From positions 1 to 35,860 of IMG/VR virus record IMGVR_UViG_3300016662_000067: a stretch of 35,860 nucleotides of DNA, one strand, 5' to 3'. The notes below the pieces were generated by a model. It had not been told where the DNA came from. It saw only the letters and a program-made list of their open reading frames with translations, and searched no databases. The translations under genes were made by a program, and so were the position numbers. This DNA comes from a virus. Lineage: Duplodnaviria; Caudoviricetes. Shown here one piece after another: positions 1 to 6,640 of the stretch (within the stretch, counting starts at the first letter, position 1; each line of letters begins with the position of its first letter).

Positions 1-31
1 CGCTGTTAGATGACAGGACTATCTGGAGTGG

Positions 32-374
32 CGTCGAGCGGGATTTTGCGGGATTGGCCGGTCTTCCGCGGGCCAAAAATGGCGGTTTTCTGCGGGCTCT
101 CGATGAAGGCCCCCATAATCGGCGCCGGCAACCTGTGTCTAGACTCCTTGGCCATTTAGACGATCGAATGCCACGAACGGCTGGACTGGCGCAATCTGAT
201 GGGATCACCTTCTCAGGCGCGGAAATCCGCCATTTTCGACCACATGATCGGCGTCTGAGAGGCTTCTAACAGGGCCCTGAGGAGCCTCCGAAGTGGGACA
301 CATCTGGGACACTGGCAACTTGGTGCCCCGAGGCCTGTGGCAAAAGGGCCGGAACCGCAGAAATGCGCGGGTTC
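32..374. repeat. Repeated ~19-bp motif, candidate transposase-binding sites of the left end
   Basis: AAAATGGCGGTTTTCTGCG (76-94) and its inverted copy CGCGGAAATCCGCCATTTT (218-236) match 17/19; weaker copies at 356-374 and 38-50. Confidence 0.55.
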
Positions 375-439
375 TCGCTCCGGCTGGATGGCCGACGACT
401 AGTCGAGCGGGCGCGGTGAAGTGGGCGGGTTTCCAGCGC

Positions 440-874
440 CTAGAATTTGGTCTGCAGCTTGGGGAAACCACTGAAGGGCTGTGCGTCGCAGGCTCCTTCC
501 CACTTCATTGTGAAAGTCAGCTCAGGGCGTCCGGGCGTGCGTGATGTCGAGCTGCCCCAGTAGACACCGCTCTCACGATTGACCTGTGTAATGAGCGTGC
601 TGTCCTCTGACGGGGTGTCGACCGTCTTGTCGATGAACGTCAGGCTCCCTGGCTGGATGCTCGCGAGGGGAAACAGGGTTTTACACTCCGCTTCGCAATA
701 CTTCCCCTGCCCTAGATCGACGCGGTAGTGGCTCTCGAAGGGCTCACTTGTGGTGCCTCTGTAGGAGACCACCCGGAGGGTGCCCTTGCAGATAAGGTCA
801 AATTGATCACCTCCGGCGGATGCAGGAGAGATGATCATCGCAGCCAAAAGCGGTGCCAAAAGCGCGTTCTTCAT
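440..874 (-). CDS. Exported hypothetical protein (144 aa)
   Basis: MKNALLAPLLAAMIISPASA signal peptide; four Cys; start trimmed from the track ORF 440..988. Confidence 0.8.
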   Translation of the reverse strand: MKNALLAPLLAAMIISPASAGGDQFDLICKGTLRVVSYRGTTSEPFESHYRVDLGQGKYCEAECKTLFPLASIQPGSLTFIDKTVDTPSEDSTLITQVNRESGVYWGSSTSRTPGRPELTFTMKWEGACDAQPFSGFPKLQTKF

Positions 875-884
875 ATCGTGGCCT

Positions 885-1079
885 CTATCCTTGGCAGGCA
901 CAGCCCTTCGGCTTCGTGCAGTTCGCGGTTTTCGCGATGCAGCTGTTGCCGCAAGGTTTTCCTGCCCGGCAGGTCTTGCAGCAGGCATACCCGTTCGCGC
1001 TCGCGGCGCATAGGGGCGAGGCCGAGGCGATCGGGACCAGGCCGATCAATGCGAGGCCGATCAGAAGCGTTCGCAGCAT
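885..1079 (-). CDS. Small exported cysteine-rich protein (64 aa)
   Basis: Signal peptide ending ASA, then 9 Cys (CCKTCRAGKPCGNSCI...CTKPKGCAC); GGGAAG upstream of the ATG. Confidence 0.85.
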   Translation of the reverse strand: MLRTLLIGLALIGLVPIASASPLCAASANGYACCKTCRAGKPCGNSCIAKTANCTKPKGCACQG

Positions 1080-1110
1080 GGCTTCCCTGCTTTTCCGTTG
1101 TCAGAAGTGG

Positions 1111-1434
1111 TCAGCTGCATCCGCGGACGATCTCGATCCCGGCGTCAAAGTCGGGCGAACCTCGAAGCTCCGCCTGCGAGCCGTCCAGCGTCGGGAAGAA
1201 GTCCCAGCGAGCTCGGAGCCTGATGCCGTCCCGCATCTCGAGCGCGTAGGCGTCGGCCTTGCGGATCAGCTCTCGATCAAGCCCTGCGGCCGCGCATTCG
1301 GCGAAGGCCTTGGCCGACTTGCCGCTTTCGTATCGCACCGCGACCTGAGGGCGCTCGACTTCCTTGGACACGACCACGCAGCCGCTCAGCGCAAGGGAGA
1401 TCGCGCCCAGGCATGATGCCGAAATGATCTTCAT
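1111..1434 (-). CDS. Lipoprotein (107 aa)
   Basis: Lipobox LSGC after a hydrophobic leader; ATG overlaps the repressor stop (ATGA). Confidence 0.85.
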   Translation of the reverse strand: MKIISASCLGAISLALSGCVVVSKEVERPQVAVRYESGKSAKAFAECAAAGLDRELIRKADAYALEMRDGIRLRARWDFFPTLDGSQAELRGSPDFDAGIEIVRGCS

Positions 1435-2114
1435 AGCTTCCTCTGGACTGCGACGACGCGGCCGATGATCTCGAGCTCGCCGTCATAGGCGGTGAAAGGG
1501 GAGACTTCCTTCTTGTCGGACCAGACCTCGACGCCGCCGCCAGGCACAGGGCGAAGGCGCTTGATCATCCCGCAATCGGCATAGGTCAGCACCCAGATCC
1601 GGTCCGCGCTGGTGAGCTGGCGCTGGTCGGTGTCGATCAGCAGCAGGTCACTGTCGTGAAGGGTCGGCTCCATGCTGTCGCCGATGCCCTGGGCGAAGAA
1701 GAGCTTGTCCGGCGCCGACCGGGTGTAGCGGCGCAGCCAGGCGCGCGGAAAGTGATGGACCTCCTCGGTGACCGGGACATCCAGATAGGTGGCTCCCATG
1801 CCGTAGCTCAGATCTATCTCGCGAACCGGGACGAGGTCGGCGAGCGGCTCGCCGAAGGCGGGCAGCGGCTCCTGGGGGCGATAGGGCAGCTGCACTTCAC
1901 CCACGCCGAGCTTCGCCCAGCCCGGGAAGCCCGGATAAGCGGCCCTGAGTTTCTCGATCGTGCTCAGGCTGAGCCTGGTCTCCGCAGAGCCGTTGAAGTG
2001 GCGGTTGATGGTCGATGCCGCGAGCCCGGCCGCCCGCGCGACCTCCGCCGACGTCTTGCCCGAGAAGCGGACCAGCTCCCGGATCATCGCCGCGTCCTGT
2101 TCGAGGCCCTCCAT
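1431..2114 (-). CDS. CI-like phage repressor, HTH plus S24 peptidase domain
   Basis: N-terminal HTH (SAEVARAAGLAASTINR), GDSMEP catalytic Ser, IKRL Lys, C-terminal IIGRVV. Confidence 0.93.
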   Translation of the reverse strand: MEGLEQDAAMIRELVRFSGKTSAEVARAAGLAASTINRHFNGSAETRLSLSTIEKLRAAYPGFPGWAKLGVGEVQLPYRPQEPLPAFGEPLADLVPVREIDLSYGMGATYLDVPVTEEVHHFPRAWLRRYTRSAPDKLFFAQGIGDSMEPTLHDSDLLLIDTDQRQLTSADRIWVLTYADCGMIKRLRPVPGGGVEVWSDKKEVSPFTAYDGELEIIGRVVAVQRKL

Positions 2115-2202
2115 GCGCCAGCGCTACCAAACAGCCGTTAGCAATCTAAATTGCAATAATGCTATTGCAGGATAGAATAATTGCTAATATTGCTCTCGGC
2201 CT
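2115..2202. promoter_or_regulatory. Divergent lysis/lysogeny promoter-operator region
   Basis: AT-rich; palindromes GCAAT-N4-ATTGC (2141-2154) and TGCAATA-N4-TATTGCA (2152-2169); TTAGCAAT (2138-2145) / ATTGCTAA (2180-2187). Confidence 0.75.
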
Positions 2203-2451
2203 ATGGAACAGCAAACCGTCATCCGGGACATCGAGAAGCGGGCGAAGGCCGCGCGCGTGCCCATCGCCGAGCTCTGCCGCCGGGCAGGGATCCATCCGGT
2301 CACCTTCTTCAAGTGGCGCAAGGGGCCGAAGAACGCCGATCCGTCGGGTGCCAACCTGCATTCCATCGAGGCGCTCTATCGCGAGCTCGACAAGATCGAC
2401 GCTGACGACGCCAAGCGCCTTGCGCGGCGCGGGAAGGCGGTGGCGGCATGA
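2203..2451 (+). CDS. Cro/Ner-like HTH regulator
   Basis: Divergent from the repressor; HTH IAELCRRAGIHPVTFFKW. Confidence 0.85.
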   Translation: MEQQTVIRDIEKRAKAARVPIAELCRRAGIHPVTFFKWRKGPKNADPSGANLHSIEALYRELDKIDADDAKRLARRGKAVAA

Positions 2452-2864
2452 GCCTGCTTGCTCTGGCCGACATCGGCTTTGCCGATCGCGGCGTGATCCG
2501 CCCGTTGATCCGCCGCATCGCGGTGAAGAGCGCGGTGGCCGACGCGCGGGTGTCAATCGAGGCACTTCTGGACCTCCTGAACGAGCATCGCGAGCCGCTG
2601 GGCCGCGACGGGACGTCCCTGCCTGAGCAGGGCATCGGCCTGACCGCTCGCGATGAGCAGGGCGGCATCGGTCGCGCCGCGGTCGATCTCCGCGAAAGCC
2701 ACGCACTGCGCGAGGAGGAGCTGCTGCAGGGCGTAAAGCTGGTCACGCAGCTGCTCGATCGAATTGAGGTCGGCGTCCGGCATGGGTTGTTCTCCTGTGC
2801 GAGTGACCAGGAGGCTATCCCGCCGGCCAGTGCCGCGCACCGTCTATGTGGGGGTGCGAAATGA
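2448..2864 (+). CDS. Hypothetical protein (possible coupling ORF)
   Basis: ATGA overlaps with both neighbours, but lies codon-aligned antisense to 2553..2783. Confidence 0.4.
   Translation: MSLLALADIGFADRGVIRPLIRRIAVKSAVADARVSIEALLDLLNEHREPLGRDGTSLPEQGIGLTARDEQGGIGRAAVDLRESHALREEELLQGVKLVTQLLDRIEVGVRHGLFSCASDQEAIPPASAAHRLCGGAK
2553..2783 (-). CDS. Small helical hypothetical protein (76 aa), antisense to the early operon
   Basis: AGGAGA SD upstream of ATG (MPDADLNSIEQLRDQLYALQQ...); amphipathic, protein-like sequence. Confidence 0.65.
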   Translation of the reverse strand: MPDADLNSIEQLRDQLYALQQLLLAQCVAFAEIDRGATDAALLIASGQADALLRQGRPVAAQRLAMLVQEVQKCLD

Positions 2865-3856
2865 ACGCTCGCCCGCTGCTGACCAGCGCTGCGGTGCTGG
2901 AGCTTTCGCCCGCCGACGTCCTGATCCCCGAGCGGATCGGCTTCCTTCACGAGGACAAGGCTGCGGCGCTCGGTCGCCTGATGGCGGTCGATGGTCAGCG
3001 AGATCCGATCAAGGTCGCGCGCAACCTGCCCTCGAAGTCGATTGAGGCGGTGGTCTCCGAGGGCAAGAAGCCGTGGCGGCTCGTAACCGGCATGCACCGC
3101 CTGATGGGCGCCACTTACGAGGGCATCACGGTCTTCGCGATCGAGGTGAAGGGCAAGCCCGAGGACCTCGCCGATCTGGAGGCGTCCGAGAACCTGCACC
3201 GGCGCCCGCTGGGTCCGATCGAGCGCGCGAAGTTCACCGCCGCGCTGGTGACCGCCGCGCAGGACCGGCTTGCGCGCGAGCATGGCAACCTTTCGCAGCA
3301 GCAGCTCGCCGTGAAGGCCCGCTGGGACCGCGTCAGGCACTTCGAAGAGACCGCTGAGGCGGCTCTCAGGGATGAGGTCGAGGATACGAGTGCAAACATT
3401 GCACGCGTATACGGGTGGCAGGAATCGGTGGGCGATGCGCTCGGCATGTCGAAGCGCTCGATCCACAACGATCTGGCGCTCTTCCGCCTTGTGATCGAGC
3501 CATTCCCCGACCTCGCCGAGGCGCTCGCGAAGCATCCGGTGGTCGGCGAGAACGGCGCGCAGCTCAAGGCGCTGACCCAGCTGAAGGACGAGGGCATCCG
3601 CCGCCAGGTGATCGAGGCGCTGCTCGCCGATCACGAGATCGGGGTCGAGGACGCCAAGATCGCGGTCGGCGCGGGCGCTGCGGTGCCGCTTGCGACGCCG
3701 GTTGCGCACCAGAAGCACTACGATGCGATCACCGGCGCCTGGTCGCGCCTCAGCCTCGACCAGAAGCGCCAGTTCGTCCCGAAGCTCGCCTCGATGCTCA
3801 CGCCCGAGATGAAGCGGACGTTGCGCGACCAGCTTAACGAGGAGCTGGGCGAATGA
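2861..3856 (+). CDS. ParB-like protein
   Basis: GQRDPIKV...WRLVTGMHRL...ENLHRRPL ParB N-terminal motifs and a downstream HTH. Confidence 0.85.
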   Translation: MNARPLLTSAAVLELSPADVLIPERIGFLHEDKAAALGRLMAVDGQRDPIKVARNLPSKSIEAVVSEGKKPWRLVTGMHRLMGATYEGITVFAIEVKGKPEDLADLEASENLHRRPLGPIERAKFTAALVTAAQDRLAREHGNLSQQQLAVKARWDRVRHFEETAEAALRDEVEDTSANIARVYGWQESVGDALGMSKRSIHNDLALFRLVIEPFPDLAEALAKHPVVGENGAQLKALTQLKDEGIRRQVIEALLADHEIGVEDAKIAVGAGAAVPLATPVAHQKHYDAITGAWSRLSLDQKRQFVPKLASMLTPEMKRTLRDQLNEELGE

Positions 3857-4539
3857 GGGGCGAAATCTCCTCCGGCCGGCACTCGAAGCGCCACCCGCTC
3901 GACTGGTATGTCGACGAGTTCTGGTGCGCCGAGCAGCTCGCGCTTGCACTCGACGACTTCGCGCTTGAGCGCGCCGAGGGGCTCGCGGTGTGGGATCCGT
4001 GCTGCGGGATGGGCAACACCCTGCTCGCCGCGCACGATCGGGGCTTCGTCACCTACGGATCGGACCTCGTCGAGAACGTCGCCTACGCCAACTTCGGCGG
4101 CGGCGCGCCGATGATCTTCCAGCCCGGCGACTTCCTCGAGACCAAGGCCGCGCCCGCGCCCTGCAGCATGGTCTTCAACCCGCCCTATTCCTACCGGAAG
4201 GGCATCCTCGAGGCCTTCGTCCGCCACGCGCTGACGCTGACCTCGCGGCGGGTCTGCATCCTCGTGCCGAGCAAGTGGCTCGCCGGACAGGCGCGCTACC
4301 AGCTCTTCACCGATCACCCGCCGCAGGCGGTGCTGCACCTCTGCCAGCGCCCTTCAATGCCGCCGGGCGACCTGATCGCGGCGATGGGCAAGCGCGCCTT
4401 CCGGGGCGGCATGATCGATTACTGCTGGATCGTCTGGGACGTGAAGCAACGGCCATGGCCGGGCCACACGCGCACCATCTGGCTGCCGCCGCTCTCCCGC
4501 AATTCCGAAATGGTGAAGCTCTGGGAGGCCCTCCTCTGA
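3853..4539 (+). CDS. Orphan DNA amino-methyltransferase (probably N6-adenine)
   Basis: SAM-binding VWDPCCGMG and catalytic NPPY. Confidence 0.85.
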   Translation: MRGEISSGRHSKRHPLDWYVDEFWCAEQLALALDDFALERAEGLAVWDPCCGMGNTLLAAHDRGFVTYGSDLVENVAYANFGGGAPMIFQPGDFLETKAAPAPCSMVFNPPYSYRKGILEAFVRHALTLTSRRVCILVPSKWLAGQARYQLFTDHPPQAVLHLCQRPSMPPGDLIAAMGKRAFRGGMIDYCWIVWDVKQRPWPGHTRTIWLPPLSRNSEMVKLWEALL

Positions 4540-4661
4540 TGCCCGACAAGCCCGAAACCCGTCTGGACCTGACCGAGGCGATGCTGATCATCGCGCTCGC
4601 GATCATCGTTGCGCCCGGCCTGATCTGGTGGGCGCTGGAGCTGGGGGAGCTGCTCGGATGA
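4539..4661 (+). CDS. Small membrane protein (40 aa)
   Basis: TGATG coupling; one hydrophobic helix (MLIIALAIIVAPGLIWW). Confidence 0.6.
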   Translation: MPDKPETRLDLTEAMLIIALAIIVAPGLIWWALELGELLG

Positions 4662-4942
4662 CGGCCTTTCCCCAGCAGAAGCTCGATGCCCTGCGCTTCA
4701 TCACCGGCTTCGAGCTGAAGCACGGCCGCGGCCCCTCGGTCGCCGAGCTGGCCGACGCCCAGTTCAACGGCAGCGAGCACGCCGCGCAGATGGTCATCGG
4801 CTCGCTGGTGATCGAGGGCAAGCTGCGCCGAGCCCTGCGCTCGCGCGAGCGGAAGCTGCAGGTGCTGGTGCCGGTCGCGATTCCCCGCGCGCCCGACGGC
4901 GAGCCGCTCCACTTCATCCGCGCGGGAGGGTCGCTGTCATGA
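4658..4942 (+). CDS. LexA DNA-binding-domain-like winged-helix protein, paralog 1
   Basis: ALRFI..F...HGRGPSVAELA...L...G.LRR; C-terminal IPRAPDGEPLHF shared with the next gene. Confidence 0.7.
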   Translation: MTAFPQQKLDALRFITGFELKHGRGPSVAELADAQFNGSEHAAQMVIGSLVIEGKLRRALRSRERKLQVLVPVAIPRAPDGEPLHFIRAGGSLS

Positions 4943-5223
4943 GCGCGATGAGCGAGCGCCAGCAGGACGTCCTGCGCTACATCATCGGCTTCCGCGAGAG
5001 CCTCGGCGTCGCGCCCAGCCTGCGCGAGATCAGCGCGGCGGGCGTGGTGAAGGCCCAGTCCGGCTTCGATGCCGGCCACACCCTGCGGGCGCTGGAAAAG
5101 CGCGGCGCGATCCGCCGCAGGCCATGCCTCCCGCGCAAGATCGAGGTGCTCGAGCCCCTGCCGATCCCGCGCGCCCCGGACGGCGAGCCGCTCTACTTCG
5201 TGCGCATCGGAGGGCTGGACTGA
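4939..5223 (+). CDS. LexA DNA-binding-domain-like winged-helix protein, paralog 2
   Basis: SERQQDVLRYI...GVAPSLREI...LRALEKRGAIRR...RKIEVL resembles the LexA N-terminus; no peptidase domain. Confidence 0.8.
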   Translation: MSAMSERQQDVLRYIIGFRESLGVAPSLREISAAGVVKAQSGFDAGHTLRALEKRGAIRRRPCLPRKIEVLEPLPIPRAPDGEPLYFVRIGGLD

Positions 5224-5444
5224 TGGCCTTCTATCCCATCGAGCAGGCGGTTCTCGACCGCCACGATGCCGGCGAGACCGTTGACCAGATCACCCGTGCC
5301 ACCGGCTTCCAGCGCAAGACGGTGCAGGAGATCATCTGGCGCTTCGACATCAACCTTGGCCAGGACATCGCCCGCGAAAAGGCGCTGCGCAGCCAGACGG
5401 CTCGGCTCGGCGAGCTGGTCCGGCAGGCGGGAGGGCACCGCTGA
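5223..5444 (+). CDS. Small HTH protein, paralog A
   Basis: TGATG coupling; GETVDQITRATGFQRKTV HTH; ends AGGHR. Confidence 0.7.
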   Translation: MAFYPIEQAVLDRHDAGETVDQITRATGFQRKTVQEIIWRFDINLGQDIAREKALRSQTARLGELVRQAGGHR

Positions 5445-5668
5445 TGCCCGGCATGACCCCCGGCGAGGAAGCGGTGATGAGCCGGTTCGACCTCGGCCAC
5501 TCCGAGATGGACATCGCCGCCGAGCTCGAGATCACGATCGCCCGGGCGCGGGCGATCATCTCCACCTTCGACAGCAATCCGGCGCACGATCGCCACCGCG
5601 GGGGGCGCATCCGGCGCGGCTCGCAGCGGCTCCTCGCGCGCCTTCAAGCCGCAGGAGGGCACCGCTGA
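5444..5668 (+). CDS. Small HTH protein, paralog B
   Basis: GHSEMDIAAELEITIARA HTH; ends AGGHR. Confidence 0.7.
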   Translation: MPGMTPGEEAVMSRFDLGHSEMDIAAELEITIARARAIISTFDSNPAHDRHRGGRIRRGSQRLLARLQAAGGHR

Positions 5669-5919
5669 TGCCGAAGTTCGCCAGCAAGGCCGAATACTAC
5701 CGCCACCACCGCAAGGTGATGCTGCTCGCGCTCGAGCTGGGCGTCACGCCGATCGAAGCCGAGGCGCGGATGAAGGCGGTCGAGGAGCGCGAGCGCCACC
5801 GCGCCCGCATGGCGCGCCGCGGCCTGCGCTCGGCCCTGCCGCCGCTCAGCCTCACCCCCGAACAGCCCGCCGCCCCGCGCTTCGAGGATTTCGACGCGCC
5901 GTGGATGCAGAGAAACTGA
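5668..5919 (+). CDS. Hypothetical protein (83 aa)
   Basis: TGATG coupling with GGAGG SD; MPKFASKAEYY...WMQRN. Confidence 0.7.
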   Translation: MPKFASKAEYYRHHRKVMLLALELGVTPIEAEARMKAVEERERHRARMARRGLRSALPPLSLTPEQPAAPRFEDFDAPWMQRN

Positions 5920-5922
5920 TCG

Positions 5923-6198
5923 ATGCCTGACCTCTACGTTACCCGGCATGCCATCCGGCGCTACCGCGAGCGGGTCGCCAACGTGCCCGCCGCCGAGGTG
6001 TGGCGCGCGCTCGACATTCCGGCGGTGCGGATCGCGATCGACTTCGGCGCGCGCTTCGTCCGGCTCGCGGGCGGGCAACGCCTGGTGCTCGAGCGCAGCA
6101 ACGTCGTGACCGTCCTGCCCAAGGACTACTGCACCGGCGCGCTCGATCGCCGCCACGACCGGCACATCGGCGAAGGGGGCGTCGATGCCCAAGGCTAA
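5923..6198 (+). CDS. Hypothetical phage protein (VTxHAxxRYxER motif)
   Basis: Motif typical of small phage DUF4258/RelE-like folds; fits the operon. Confidence 0.65.
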   Translation: MPDLYVTRHAIRRYRERVANVPAAEVWRALDIPAVRIAIDFGARFVRLAGGQRLVLERSNVVTVLPKDYCTGALDRRHDRHIGEGGVDAQG

Positions 6199-6640
6199 GG
6201 CGCATCCCGGCCAGCTCGGCTTCGACTTCGCGGCGCCCGCGCCCCTGAAGGGCGTGGCCGAGCTCGCCGGGCTCGAGCGTCAGATCTGCGAACTGGTCGG
6301 CACGGTGCTCGCCACCGACCCGCGCTCGCGCGAGGAGATCGCCGGGGCGATGAGTGCGGTGCTCGACGATACCATCAGCAAAGCGATGCTCGATGCCTAT
6401 GCCAGCGGCGCGCGGCCCGATCACAAGGTGCCCGCCTCGCGCCTCTTCGCGCTGCTCGCCGTGACGGACCGCGCCGACCTCCTCGATCCCATCGTCCGCA
6501 AGATCGGCGCCGCCCTGCTGGTCGGCGACGAGGTCAAGACCGCGCGGATGGGACACCTCCAGCAGCTGATCAAGGCCGCCCAGGCCGAAATGCGCGCCCT
6601 CGGCGCCGACGCACCGCAAATCCGGGAAGGTGGGGAATAG
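6185..6640 (+). CDS. Phage DNA-binding protein preceding the transposase
   Basis: SREEIAGAMS...ISKAMLDAYAS HTH-like segment; stop overlaps the transposase GTG. Confidence 0.75.
   Translation: MPKAKAHPGQLGFDFAAPAPLKGVAELAGLERQICELVGTVLATDPRSREEIAGAMSAVLDDTISKAMLDAYASGARPDHKVPASRLFALLAVTDRADLLDPIVRKIGAALLVGDEVKTARMGHLQQLIKAAQAEMRALGADAPQIREGGE

Noticed and set aside
54-544. Short ORFs at the left end (54..269, 205..471, 293..544)
   Set aside because: No SD or protein-like features; they overlap the end motifs.
3853-4539. Restriction-modification system
   Set aside because: No adjacent endonuclease recognised; treated as an orphan MTase.
5668-6198. Toxin-antitoxin pair
   Set aside because: The HAxxRYxER motif alone is insufficient and the genes sit inside the coupled early operon without their own promoter.
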